Below, in pieces: positions 13,637 through 23,424 of a stretch of 47,377 nt of DNA (the stretch's first letter is position 1; every line of letters begins with the position of its first letter). The DNA comes from a virus: IMG/VR virus record IMGVR_UViG_3300050514_000079. One strand, 5' to 3'. Both the position numbers and the translations under genes were made by a program. The notes below the pieces were generated by a model. The model made no database searches. It saw only the letters and a program-made list of their open reading frames with translations, and was not told the origin of the DNA.

Positions 13637-15415
13637 ATGGACGCGGACCCGTGGTACTTCGCGAAGTTCGTCTGCAAGCGCGCCGCGAAGGCTGTCGAGC
13701 GCATCCACCGACCGCTGCTCTACCTCTACACCGGTCACGCCGCACTCCTCGCCGCGACGCTCGACGATCCGCGCTTTGACAGCCACATCACGCAGCAGGT
13801 AAAGGCGGACTTCGGCGCGCAGACGCCGCCGATCGACTGGAACAACCCCGCGCACTTGCCGCGCATGAAGGCTCGGCTCCGGCGTGTGCGCATCTCGGCG
13901 GGCCGCGGGCTCGGCAAGTCAACGTTTGCCGACGTGGCGGATCTATTTGACGGCGTTATTGATCCGAACATCACCATCGGCATCGGTTCGAAGTCCGATC
14001 CGTACGCCGAGTCGCGCGTCATCGCGATCGGCGAAATGGTGTTGTCGAAGGAGTTCGCATTCTGGTACCCGGAACGTGTTCCGCTCAACCCGCGAACGGA
14101 TATCACGGCGGTTGCGATTGAACTTGCCGGGCGCACCGAAGTCACGACCGAGGCCACGATCGAAGGCCGAGGTATCACATCGCAGTGGCGCGGGCGGCAC
14201 TACCGAAAGTTGCGCCCCGATGATATAGCCGGAACGGAGTACGGCGAGGCGTCGATCGAGGACGCAGTTGCGTTCATCTCCGGCATCGACGCGATTCAGG
14301 TTCGCGAAGCATTCGGTGAGAGCCGCGAAATCTACATCGGCACCATCTCCGGCGAAAACGACGATCACACCTACCTCGCCGCCGATCCAGGCGTGATGAT
14401 GATCGTCATGCCGATCGAGATTCACGAAGGCGGTACGACCGTTGAGAACATCTTCACGGATGGCGTTCTGACCATGCCGGAGGAAGGCTGGTTCACGCGC
14501 GAGAAGGTCAATGATCTAAAGCGCAAGGCACGCGCGAATGAGGACCATCTGTCGCTGCGCGCGCTACTTCAGAACTTTTACATGACGCTCCTGCGTGACG
14601 GCGGCGCGAACCTATTCACGCCGACGATGCTCAACGCCGCGAAGGGCATCATCTGGCACTTCGACAAGGATCTACAACGCGAAGTGCTGCTGATCCCCAA
14701 AAAGGGCCGCGAGAAGACGCAGCGCGACCGCTCCAAACCTGACTTCAACGCTGACGACTGGAAACTGATCGATATCGCTGCCTTGCCGGCGAGTGCTCGC
14801 GCGTGGGCGGCGGATCAAAGCGTCTCGCCGACAGGTGACCCGTGGGCGTTTGCGTACATCGTACGTGATTGGGAGGGCGTGGATATTCTCATCGCCTGCG
14901 TCACCGGCAACGGCTACGACAAACTGATCGACGAAGCGCCTCGCTTTGATAAAAAGTGCGGCTTCCCGCGGCAAATCGGCATCGACACGAACGCGACGCA
15001 GGGCATGACGGTCGAATGGATGGGGCGCACGCCAGAGTATCAGGCGATGGCGCGGCGACTCGTCGAGATGAAGTCGAGCGGCGAAGCGAAGGACCACCTG
15101 ATCCGCCGCTGGATTGCGGGGCGCATGCTTTCAGGCGATTTCTACGTCAACCCGCGCCTTGTGAAATGGCTTTTCGAAGCGAGCCGTTACGCGCCGCGGA
15201 AGCCCGATGGAACGCTCAAGCGCAATTCGATCGATGACCAGCTCGACGCCACTCAAATGGCTTGTCAGTTGCCGAAACGCCCGCCTTCACCGCAGCAAAT
15301 CGAGGAAGATTCGGCGCGTGCAGCGCTGGAACGCGCGCGCGGAATGGTTCCGAGCGGCGCCAGCGGCGGCATCGACAAATCGAACTGGATGGAGTGCATG
15401 TGGAACGCAGCGTGA
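13637..15415 (+). CDS. terL: Terminase large subunit
   Basis: Walker A RISAGRGLGKST and a nuclease-type C-terminal half. Size and position precede the portal. The start is uncertain (GTG 13532 would overlap terS). Confidence 0.8.
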   Translation: MDADPWYFAKFVCKRAAKAVERIHRPLLYLYTGHAALLAATLDDPRFDSHITQQVKADFGAQTPPIDWNNPAHLPRMKARLRRVRISAGRGLGKSTFADVADLFDGVIDPNITIGIGSKSDPYAESRVIAIGEMVLSKEFAFWYPERVPLNPRTDITAVAIELAGRTEVTTEATIEGRGITSQWRGRHYRKLRPDDIAGTEYGEASIEDAVAFISGIDAIQVREAFGESREIYIGTISGENDDHTYLAADPGVMMIVMPIEIHEGGTTVENIFTDGVLTMPEEGWFTREKVNDLKRKARANEDHLSLRALLQNFYMTLLRDGGANLFTPTMLNAAKGIIWHFDKDLQREVLLIPKKGREKTQRDRSKPDFNADDWKLIDIAALPASARAWAADQSVSPTGDPWAFAYIVRDWEGVDILIACVTGNGYDKLIDEAPRFDKKCGFPRQIGIDTNATQGMTVEWMGRTPEYQAMARRLVEMKSSGEAKDHLIRRWIAGRMLSGDFYVNPRLVKWLFEASRYAPRKPDGTLKRNSIDDQLDATQMACQLPKRPPSPQQIEEDSARAALERARGMVPSGASGGIDKSNWMECMWNAA

Positions 15416-15518
15416 GCGTCATGCGTCGCCCTGCTGAGCCGAAAATGTCCGACGTGTTAACCCTCGCCCGGCACGCGCGGACTCCTCGTTTCTCGGCGGG
15501 ACGACGGATGACGTCCAA

Positions 15519-17756
15519 ATGAACGCGAACGTAGAAAACGACCCAATCCGGCCTCTGTTGGACCGCAAAAAGCCGTCTGCGGAGATCGTGACGGATGAGA
15601 GGTACGGCTACGACCGCGTGTATCCGGCTGAGGATGTGCTCGCGGAGATGGGCGATCTCTACGCGAAGCAAATCGAGGACGGCGACAAGGCATTCGAACC
15701 ACGTTTCCGCGCGATGCGCGCTGCCGAGGACGCGTACGAGGCTGAGATGGCCTCAGAAACCGAGAACATCATCACCGCACCGCTCGGAAAGACGATCATC
15801 AACCAGCAGATCGCGTGGATCACGAATCAGATCCTTTCGAAAGATCCCTACGTGACGTGGAAGCCGCTCGACGGCGGCGATTACGAGGTGCCGGTCCAAG
15901 AAACAGGCTCCGTGACTCCCGTGTCTGGCGCTGAGGGCATTCCGCCGCTCCCGATGTACGACACCGAAACTCTGGCGAGCGACGACGTAGCCCGCAATCT
16001 ACAGGATCTCTTGCAGTATTACCTCTCCGCCGTCGAGCCGTTCGAAGAAACCCTCGAAAACACCGTGCATGCGATCCATGTCGGCGAGAATCCGACCTAT
16101 TGGCGCGTCGATTATGATCCGAGCGTACTCCACGCGAAGACGAAGAACTTTCAGCGCGACGAGGCGTCTGGACTGCTCAGAATCATGGGCGTGTCCGATG
16201 CCGAGCTCGCCCCGAAGAGCGTAGTTTGCCTACGTCACGTCTCCGGCTACAACATAACGCACTCCCTGCCGTGCTCGGACATTCAAAAGGCATGGTGGGT
16301 GTCCGAAAAAACGCCGCGGACGAATGAAGAGCTATGGGAAGGCATCAGCGCAGGGCGGTACGACTTCGCGCGCAAGCCGACGCGCCGCGGGACGAACGAT
16401 GACCTGGTCCGCCGCGTCTTCGCTTTCGGGGAGGATGTGCGCCGAGATGATCCAGTTGCCGCGCGCGCCGATGCCATGGATTCGCTCGTCGCCGAGCACC
16501 CGCGCGACGAGCACGATGTGCGGACGGTGTCATTTTTTCATCCTCTGCTCCTGCGGGCGCCGAAGCGTGGCGAGAAGACTCTCGAAATTGAGATCCGTTC
16601 GCTCATCGGCGAGTTGCACCTGAAGAGCCGGACGTGGCTGAACATGACCTGCAATTGGTCATGGAGCGGAAAGCGCCTGCTCATTCCGTTCATCCGTCAT
16701 CGCCGCCCGCATCGGCTGACCGGAATGTCGGCGGCAGGCGACGTGGCCCCGCTTCAGAACCTTGTCTCCAACTTCCTGCATCTCCAAATGCAGAACAAGG
16801 TGCAGAACGCCATCAAGGTCCACTTTTACCGCGAAAACTCGGCCACGGATCGTTACTTCAAGCAACATCCCGGTCCCCTACGTCCCGGGCAGCGCATACC
16901 GTTCGATGAACCTTCCGACGTGAACTCGGTGCAGCTCGGCGCCCCGATCGAAACGCTCGCTCCGGAGATCGCCGTCATTCGCAGCATGGCGGACGATCTT
17001 CTCGTGCGCGACGAGACTTCCGTGCCGAATCGGACGCCCGGAGCCACGGTCGCACAGGTTTACCAGCGCGCGAAGGAGCAGTCCGTAGCGACGATGCGCG
17101 GCATTCGTCGGTCCATCGCGCAGGCGGCGATGATGTACGTGGAGACGGTCGCGCAGTTCTCCGCGTATGCCATCATCCCGTTCAACGACAAAGATAAACG
17201 CCGCACTACTTCGAAGATCATTGGCTTCCCGCGTGAGGTGATCTCGCAGCATTTCTCATGTCACGTCACCGCGACCGGAGACGACGATTCATCGCAAGCG
17301 CGTTTTGAGAAGGCCGGTCTACTCGCGCAGCGCGTCGAGTTGCAGAACGAAGCGGACATGAAGTTGCTCTCGATTGCCCTCGACGGCGAGCAGCCGGAGG
17401 CGAAGCGAGATGTGGCCAAGTTCATGATTCTGCGCGGCAATCGTTTGCTTGCCGAGCAGATTCGGAGTTACCGTCTCGATACTCAGCACTTTGTCATCGA
17501 CGAGAAGATGCTCGCCGAATTGGAGCAATCCCTCCAAGAGGAAGCTGCACAGAAGGCCGAAGAGGCTGCCGCGATGGCGGCGCAAGGAGTGACCAGTGGC
17601 GCGAACGTTTCTCCCCAAGGAGCCCCAGGATCTTTACCCGCCGCTCCACCCGGACAGGGACCACCTGGCGGCGTGCCGGGACAACCCGTTCCTGCTGGAA
17701 TACCTCAACCGCCTCAACCTGGAGTTGGACAACAACCGGCGCCGCCTGTCCAATGA
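15519..17756 (+). CDS. Portal protein
   Basis: 745-aa ORF directly after terL. The last ~54 codons (Pro/Gly/Gln-rich) overlap the next gene in a low-GC3 frame. Confidence 0.7.
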   Translation: MNANVENDPIRPLLDRKKPSAEIVTDERYGYDRVYPAEDVLAEMGDLYAKQIEDGDKAFEPRFRAMRAAEDAYEAEMASETENIITAPLGKTIINQQIAWITNQILSKDPYVTWKPLDGGDYEVPVQETGSVTPVSGAEGIPPLPMYDTETLASDDVARNLQDLLQYYLSAVEPFEETLENTVHAIHVGENPTYWRVDYDPSVLHAKTKNFQRDEASGLLRIMGVSDAELAPKSVVCLRHVSGYNITHSLPCSDIQKAWWVSEKTPRTNEELWEGISAGRYDFARKPTRRGTNDDLVRRVFAFGEDVRRDDPVAARADAMDSLVAEHPRDEHDVRTVSFFHPLLLRAPKRGEKTLEIEIRSLIGELHLKSRTWLNMTCNWSWSGKRLLIPFIRHRRPHRLTGMSAAGDVAPLQNLVSNFLHLQMQNKVQNAIKVHFYRENSATDRYFKQHPGPLRPGQRIPFDEPSDVNSVQLGAPIETLAPEIAVIRSMADDLLVRDETSVPNRTPGATVAQVYQRAKEQSVATMRGIRRSIAQAAMMYVETVAQFSAYAIIPFNDKDKRRTTSKIIGFPREVISQHFSCHVTATGDDDSSQARFEKAGLLAQRVELQNEADMKLLSIALDGEQPEAKRDVAKFMILRGNRLLAEQIRSYRLDTQHFVIDEKMLAELEQSLQEEAAQKAEEAAAMAAQGVTSGANVSPQGAPGSLPAAPPGQGPPGGVPGQPVPAGIPQPPQPGVGQQPAPPVQ

Positions 17757-17880
17757 GAAGACACGCGAGGAGTTCGATTTTAAACGCGGCGAGATAAAAG
17801 GAATCGAAAAGGCGTTCAGCATTCTCGACACTCTGCGCGTCGAGATCGAAAACCCGCCAGAACCAGAAGAGGAGCAGTAG
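17596..17880 (+). CDS. Hypothetical virion-module protein (94 aa)
   Basis: AAGGAG at 17584..17589, in-frame TGA at 17590, GTG at 17596. 49 of the first 55 codons end in G or C (hand count). Confidence 0.7.
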   Translation: MARTFLPKEPQDLYPPLHPDRDHLAACRDNPFLLEYLNRLNLELDNNRRRLSNEKTREEFDFKRGEIKGIEKAFSILDTLRVEIENPPEPEEEQ

Positions 17881-17883
17881 GTT

Positions 17884-18894
17884 ATGAACTTTGACGACGA
17901 ACTCGCCAAACTGCACGAAGCCAACGATACTGACACCCCTCCAGAGGCGCCGCCTGAGACGCCTCCGGTTGCGACCCCCGCTGCCCCTGTCGTCGCCGCG
18001 CCGCCCGCCGAGCCTGCGGCTGCCGTCGCTCCTGCGCGCGTGTATTCGCTTGATGATCCCCTTCCGGACATTGACGATATCGCTCCGTCATTTCGTGGCA
18101 AACCGCTTCGGGCGCTTCTGGATGATCGTCGTCAAGCGATTGCACAACGCGACGAAATCGGGCGCGTAAAGAACGATCACGAGAGCGAAAATCGCGTTCT
18201 AAAAAGTCTCCTTCAAGTTCTGATCGAGCGCCAGCCGCAAACTGCCACGGCTACGGAAACGCCAAAGACGCCGACGTTGGAGGAGCGCATTCGGACGGAG
18301 CAACTTGATTCGCTCCTCAACGTTGATTCCGCCCTCGCACTCGGTCGTACTGCGGAGCTGGCCGCAGAGGCGGTCCTCCCGCAGATCAACGGGCAAATCG
18401 CGCCGCTCGCCGCAACTGTCAATCGCCTGGAGGCGGAAGCGCGCGATGGGCGAATCTTCCGTGCGCACACCGAAGCCGGGAGACTCCTCAAACGCGAGCA
18501 GGCGGAATGGAAGGGCGAGGCGGAAGTAAATGCCATCAGCGCCGCAGTGCTCGCACTCCAACTCCCGCTCGACGATCCGCAGAGTTACGTCAAAGCGTCG
18601 CGATGGATTGACGATCTCGCGACAATCCGGACGCCCAAGAGCGCCGTCGCCGCGCCGCCCGCAGCGCCAGCACCGACGACGCCTCTCGCCCCCGTTCCTC
18701 CTGCTGGAACTGGCGCTGCCGCCGCCCCGCCAGCGCCGAGCAATCTCAGCACGCTATCGTCGCGCGATCAGGACACGCTCGACAGAATGCGCAAAAACTT
18801 CGAAGATGCCACTGGACGCAAGATGCCGAAAGACGTGTGGGAAAACACGTATCAGCGCGTCGCAGCGAGCGCTCCGCGTCGGCGCAGTGCATAA
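17884..18894 (+). CDS. Scaffolding-like protein (Ala/Pro-rich, helical)
   Basis: Lies between portal and capsid genes. Low-complexity AP-rich ends flank a long helical core. Confidence 0.5.
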   Translation: MNFDDELAKLHEANDTDTPPEAPPETPPVATPAAPVVAAPPAEPAAAVAPARVYSLDDPLPDIDDIAPSFRGKPLRALLDDRRQAIAQRDEIGRVKNDHESENRVLKSLLQVLIERQPQTATATETPKTPTLEERIRTEQLDSLLNVDSALALGRTAELAAEAVLPQINGQIAPLAATVNRLEAEARDGRIFRAHTEAGRLLKREQAEWKGEAEVNAISAAVLALQLPLDDPQSYVKASRWIDDLATIRTPKSAVAAPPAAPAPTTPLAPVPPAGTGAAAAPPAPSNLSTLSSRDQDTLDRMRKNFEDATGRKMPKDVWENTYQRVAASAPRRRSA

Positions 18895-18906
18895 TAGGAG
18901 AACGAC

Positions 18907-19509
18907 ATGCCAGCACTCGAAAACGATTTCACTGCCGTTCAAGCAAATCCGCTCTTCGCTTTCAGGGCTCCTGCGAACCTGCCCAAGGGCGCAGTGCAAC
19001 GCGTACACGGTGATCACTTCATCACCCCGAAGGAAGAGGTTTCAAACGAGTTGTCCGTGCTCGCCATCTACCCAGGCATGTTCCGTTATCGGGCGAACCC
19101 GGCGATGGAGATCGACTTCGCGTTGTGGAACGATTCGGACGACGATCAAGGGTATTCGCTGCGCGATTGGTCGCGCCTGACCGGCGCAGGGTTCGTCGAG
19201 GCGCAAGCGAAAGATTTCGACGTGCAGTACCGCTATCGGCAGTTGTGGAAGCCCGACATGGGCAAGCGCATCACGCTCGGCGGACGCACGAAGCCGGCGA
19301 CGGTTCTCATGTGGCGTACCGGCGAAGTCGCGAACGAAAAAGAGCGAGCAAAGCTGGCCCGCTCGGACGATATTCAGAAGTCAGTCGAGCAAAAGGCTGC
19401 GGAAGGTGTCAAGACCGCGATGGACGGCCTCGGCATGGAGCTCGCGCTCGACAACGTGTCTTTTGACGAGGGCGAAGAAATCGAAATCGGGCTGAGGGAG
19501 GAGGTTTAA
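18907..19509 (+). CDS. Hypothetical head-module protein (200 aa)
   Basis: ORF with GGAGAA RBS. No motif recognised. Confidence 0.55.
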   Translation: MPALENDFTAVQANPLFAFRAPANLPKGAVQRVHGDHFITPKEEVSNELSVLAIYPGMFRYRANPAMEIDFALWNDSDDDQGYSLRDWSRLTGAGFVEAQAKDFDVQYRYRQLWKPDMGKRITLGGRTKPATVLMWRTGEVANEKERAKLARSDDIQKSVEQKAAEGVKTAMDGLGMELALDNVSFDEGEEIEIGLREEV

Positions 19510-19510
19510 G

Positions 19511-20407
19511 TTGGGCACATTCTCGGGCATCCGCGGTCAGTCGAATTATGACCTCGGCAGCGCGGTTTACGATCAACTCACGCTGACGACTGCGGCGTCA
19601 AAGATCATTCCGGGGTCTACGTCTCTGTCGCTGCGCAACAACGCCGATTCCGCAGACAATCTCATCATCACGAATGCGGGCGTTGCGACCGTGAGGGCGG
19701 GACTCGTCATCACTGCGGGAGGCGCGACAGTCACTGCGGGTGATCTCACGATGACGGCGGGGAATCTCATTTTCTCTGCGGCGTCGGCGAAGGTCATTCC
19801 AGGCGCCACATCGCTGCTTTTCCGGAACAACGCCGACTCGGCGACGAACATCACCATCACCGATGCCGGTGCTGTCACGGTGCGCACGACGCTGACGGCC
19901 ACGGGTGGTATCGCGGCTGCGGGCGGCTTCTCAACCTCGCCGCGCAACATGCACACGGGGGGTATCCCAGCCACGCAGACGACGGACGGCAACGACACGA
20001 CACCCGTCATCACCGAGACGTACATCGCGGAAGTTTGGGTTGCGGCGAACGTGTCGGTTACCGGCGTGGCCGTCCTCAACGGCTCGGCTGTCGGAACGGA
20101 CAAACTCGTCCTCGCGATCTACGACTCCACCGGAGCCGTTGTCGCGAACACCGCGACGGCTGGTACGACGGCGTCCGGCACCGACGCCTATCAGAAGGTC
20201 AACCTGACGGCGCCGGTGACGCTCAAAGGACCGGCAACGTACTACGTGGGGCTTCAGGTCAACGGAACGACCTACCGCTTCAACTCGCACATCCTCGGCA
20301 CGTTCGGTGCGTCGAAGAAGACCGGCGAGACATTCGGTACGCTGACGACGATCACGCCGCCGACGACGTTCACGACGGCGCAAGGCCCGATCGCATCGCT
20401 CTACTGA
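19511..20407 (+). CDS. Repeat-containing surface/decoration-like protein with a C-terminal beta-sandwich-like domain
   Basis: TTG start. Internal duplication (IPGSTSLSLRNNADSADNLIITNAG / IPGATSLLFRNNADSATNITITDAG). The C-terminus resembles the DUF4082-type pattern. Confidence 0.5.
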   Translation: MGTFSGIRGQSNYDLGSAVYDQLTLTTAASKIIPGSTSLSLRNNADSADNLIITNAGVATVRAGLVITAGGATVTAGDLTMTAGNLIFSAASAKVIPGATSLLFRNNADSATNITITDAGAVTVRTTLTATGGIAAAGGFSTSPRNMHTGGIPATQTTDGNDTTPVITETYIAEVWVAANVSVTGVAVLNGSAVGTDKLVLAIYDSTGAVVANTATAGTTASGTDAYQKVNLTAPVTLKGPATYYVGLQVNGTTYRFNSHILGTFGASKKTGETFGTLTTITPPTTFTTAQGPIASLY

Positions 20408-20415
20408 GGTAACTG

Positions 20416-20736
20416 ATGGTCATCACTTCGTCAACGCACAAGGGATTTCTCCTCTCGCTCTTCTACGTCGGTGGCACTCCAACCGAGCGCCGGTTCCCGA
20501 TTGAGCGCGTGGAGGCGGCGTCGCGATGCCTCGAAAAGCTGCGCGCCGACGCGGAAGTGACCTCTGACGGCCACTCCACCGTGATCAACTTTGTTGACGG
20601 AGACGTAGAATTCGCGGAAGATGAAGCGGGACTGCTCCGAGACTTGCTCTCAAGCCTCACAGAAGCATCACCGACCGAGCATCGACTGATCTGTGAAGTG
20701 AAGTCACTTTTAGCGCCCATCGTGGCGCTACAGTGA
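20416..20736 (+). CDS. Hypothetical protein (106 aa)
   Basis: ORF in the head module. Confidence 0.5.
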   Translation: MVITSSTHKGFLLSLFYVGGTPTERRFPIERVEAASRCLEKLRADAEVTSDGHSTVINFVDGDVEFAEDEAGLLRDLLSSLTEASPTEHRLICEVKSLLAPIVALQ

Positions 20737-20759
20737 GGCGAGGAGAAGGGTCATGAAGA

Positions 20760-21251
20760 ATGACAGCAGGAGCACTCTTCGGCTGGTACGCCTACGACCA
20801 GTCGATTTACGACGAATGCGCTGAGTACCTGGACGAAGTCGCATCGTTCGTCGGCAAGGCCGGTACGCCAGTTCTCAAAAACTCGGCTGGCCGTATCGAT
20901 GAATGTGGCACGGCCCCGGCGCTGATCTACGGCGTGATCGCGGAGGACGGACACGACGCCGCCGCGAGCGACACAAACAAAATCCTCGTCTACCGGATTC
21001 GGCCAGGCGACAAGTGGGTCATCCCGGTTTCTGAAGCCCTCGCGCTCAACATGCTCGGCGTCGCCGCTGGCGATCTCGGCATCGTGAAAGACTCAACGAC
21101 CGGCCTTTGGTACGGCTCGACTGGCGATGCTGGCGCGCAGTGCCGCGTCGTCGATTTCGAGAAGGGTCCGACGCCTCCCGGCTTTGCCATCGGCGACACG
21201 CTTTGGGCGGGACACGTTCTGTTCCACTCGACGAAAGTGCAGGTTTTCTAA
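20760..21251 (+). CDS. Head-decoration-like protein (DUF2190-like)
   Basis: Immediately upstream of the capsid gene, as lambda gpD is to gpE. Gly/Ala-rich beta pattern. Weak assignment. Confidence 0.4.
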   Translation: MTAGALFGWYAYDQSIYDECAEYLDEVASFVGKAGTPVLKNSAGRIDECGTAPALIYGVIAEDGHDAAASDTNKILVYRIRPGDKWVIPVSEALALNMLGVAAGDLGIVKDSTTGLWYGSTGDAGAQCRVVDFEKGPTPPGFAIGDTLWAGHVLFHSTKVQVF

Positions 21252-21254
21252 GTC

Positions 21255-22220
21255 ATGACGATGACGCTCGACCTTTTCAAAGACTTCATCTACGCGACGC
21301 AGGACAAGGCGTTCGTTGAAGAGCGCACCGATATCCCGCGTACCTACACCAAGTACACTCGCAAGTGCTCGACCGAGAACGCCGACTTTCGCTCGGTGAC
21401 CGGCGTCAAGCTCGGCCCGGCTGCGTATACCCCGCTCGGCGGGCAGTCGCATCTCGACGAGTACGCGCCCGGCAAAACCCTCGTCATCAAGCCGAAGAAG
21501 CTGACCATCGCCGTTCTGACTCCGCACGAGTTGGAAACGGACATGTTCAACAATGGGCGCATCAACGATGACAAGGTGAAGTTCTTCTACAAGATGGGCT
21601 CCGACATGCAGGACTCGCACGAATGGGCGTGGGAGCTGCTCTGCACGGACTTCTTCAAAAAGGGCACTTCGGCCACGCCGTCTACGTTCTGGCAGGGACC
21701 GGGCCGCGACGGGCTGCCGTTCTTCTCGGCCTCGCACGTCACGACCAAGGGCGTGCCGGTGACGTGGTCCAACATCATGCCTCCGGGGCCGATGAACCTG
21801 CTCTCGCTCACGGACGGAGTCGGCCAGTTGGAGGCGATTCCCGATGAGCGTGGACGGCAGCAGGGCGCGATCAAAAGGATCGGCATCTACCACGGCTCGT
21901 ATTGGGCGTTCGTGATTCCGGAGCTTCTGAAGTCGAAGATGCAGCCCAACTCCGTCAACGTCGGCACCGTGAACGCCCTGACGAACCGGGACGAAGACAT
22001 TGAGTGGGTTCCGATTCTCAATCGCTACATGGGTCCGACCGACACGACATGGGGCCTCATCAACCTCGATCAGAACGATATGTGCTTCTGGATCAAGGAA
22101 AAGCCAACGCCGCGGCGCGACGTGATCCCGCGTACCGGGTCCAAACTCACCGAGTATTACTCCCGCGTGGCGACGTTCTTCGAATCCGCGAAGTGTGCCG
22201 TGCGGAACAACGGCGTCTGA
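21255..22220 (+). CDS. Major capsid protein (probable HK97 fold)
   Basis: 321 aa, sited after scaffold and decoration genes with strong coding character. The long antisense ORF 21093..22316 is judged spurious. Confidence 0.6.
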   Translation: MTMTLDLFKDFIYATQDKAFVEERTDIPRTYTKYTRKCSTENADFRSVTGVKLGPAAYTPLGGQSHLDEYAPGKTLVIKPKKLTIAVLTPHELETDMFNNGRINDDKVKFFYKMGSDMQDSHEWAWELLCTDFFKKGTSATPSTFWQGPGRDGLPFFSASHVTTKGVPVTWSNIMPPGPMNLLSLTDGVGQLEAIPDERGRQQGAIKRIGIYHGSYWAFVIPELLKSKMQPNSVNVGTVNALTNRDEDIEWVPILNRYMGPTDTTWGLINLDQNDMCFWIKEKPTPRRDVIPRTGSKLTEYYSRVATFFESAKCAVRNNGV

Positions 22221-22271
22221 TTTACGCGCGCGGCGAGGGTGGCTTAGATCCTCGCCGCGCAACTGTGTCGA

Positions 22272-22895
22272 ATGGGAAAGCAGCCAGCAATTCCGCCTTC
22301 CGAGTTCAAAGAGCACCGAATTGAAGTCGGGCTGTTCTTCTGCGATATCTGCGGCTTCCCGTACCCCATCGATCAGAAGCGGCGACAGGTGGGGACGGAC
22401 GGACTCTCCTCGTCTCAGTTTGTCGGCGTGAACTGCTGCTACGAGCCAAACGGCAGCTCAATCGATCGCGATCTCCTCGTCGCGTTTGCTGCGTCGGAGG
22501 CTGCGCGCTATACCGAAAAGGAGTTGCGCCCGCCTGAGCACGATGGCGACATGTATGCGGGAACTTCGCGTATTCCGTCTAATCCTTCGTTTGTCGTGAG
22601 TATTGATCCGAATCCGGTTGTGCTGATCGTAGGCTCCACAACGCCACGGACGGTCGTGCTGACTGGCAACGGATTCACCGCGAGCGACGTGATCTCGTAC
22701 GGCGCCGAAGGAATTCTCGACGCGGAAGTGCCGGCGCTCGACTCGTCAACGCAGCGCACGCTTTCCATCTATTGCAGCCCTGATTTCGGTCCTGGACCGA
22801 TACCGATTCCAGATACGGAGCAAGGCATTTATTCGTTCACGTTCAACGGCACCGTGTGGCCGTCGCTGTTCGATGTTCGCAGCACAACCGTCTGA
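22272..22895 (+). CDS. Hypothetical structural protein with a C-terminal Ig-like region
   Basis: 207-aa ORF. C-terminal VVLTGNGFTASDV...YSFTFNG resembles an IPT/TIG-like repeat. Confidence 0.5.
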   Translation: MGKQPAIPPSEFKEHRIEVGLFFCDICGFPYPIDQKRRQVGTDGLSSSQFVGVNCCYEPNGSSIDRDLLVAFAASEAARYTEKELRPPEHDGDMYAGTSRIPSNPSFVVSIDPNPVVLIVGSTTPRTVVLTGNGFTASDVISYGAEGILDAEVPALDSSTQRTLSIYCSPDFGPGPIPIPDTEQGIYSFTFNGTVWPSLFDVRSTTV

Positions 22896-22904
22896 GGAGG
22901 ATGC

Positions 22905-23072
22905 ATGCCCTTCGGTAATTTCTATCAGCTCTCGTATGAAATCGACGAAACGCAGGAGAGCACCGGGCCGCTCGACGTCGATACGGAAGCGGGGCGCGCC
23001 GCTCTTCATTCGGCGCTCGACGAAGCGCTGAACGCTGGCGCGACGCCGATCACCGTCGCCAAGCCGGAGTAA
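22905..23072 (+). CDS. Small acidic protein (55 aa)
   Basis: GAGGAGGA RBS, then ATG at 22905. MPFGNFYQLSYEIDETQESTGPLDVD... Below the track cut-off. Confidence 0.5.
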   Translation: MPFGNFYQLSYEIDETQESTGPLDVDTEAGRAALHSALDEALNAGATPITVAKPE

Positions 23073-23078
23073 CGCGCA

Positions 23079-23423
23079 ATGCCGATCACGCACGTCACCA
23101 CGGCCGGGACGCCGGTCCCGCTCATCGCGACGCCTGATCGACCGGGGCAGGACTGGGTTGGGGCGCTCACACTGCAATACAAACCGACGAAGTCGGACAA
23201 TTCGACTCCCGCAACTGGAAAGATTTATATCGGTTTCGACGGGCTGACTGGCTCCGCAGTTGATTCGACGCACTACGACGCATATCTCTCGCCGACGATC
23301 ATCGAGGCGACGCGCGATCTCGGCACCAACGGAATCGGCAACATGTGGCAGCGGAAGTCAGGCACCTACATCAACTCCGACAACGACGGCGAGGGTGTGA
23401 GCTGGTACGACGCGAAGGGATAG
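23079..23423 (+). CDS. Hypothetical structural protein (114 aa)
   Basis: ORF in the virion module. Confidence 0.55.
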   Translation: MPITHVTTAGTPVPLIATPDRPGQDWVGALTLQYKPTKSDNSTPATGKIYIGFDGLTGSAVDSTHYDAYLSPTIIEATRDLGTNGIGNMWQRKSGTYINSDNDGEGVSWYDAKG

Positions 23424-23424
23424 C

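Noticed and set aside
17461-17600. A sequencing frameshift as the explanation for the portal/next-gene overlap.
   Set aside because: The alternative frame upstream of 17590 translates to Arg-rich junk, while the portal frame stays protein-like up to the overlap. No single indel restores a stop without destroying the portal sequence.
21093-22316. 407-aa minus-strand ORF antisense to the major capsid gene. Similar long antisense ORFs occur at 40290..41471, 42023..43171, 19573..20103, and at the N-terminal extensions of 1182..1697 and 45669..46394.
   Set aside because: Their translations are Arg/Pro/Gly/His-rich with no motifs. They lie opposite ORFs with clear motifs and tight coupling. Long stop-free antisense frames are expected in GC-rich DNA.
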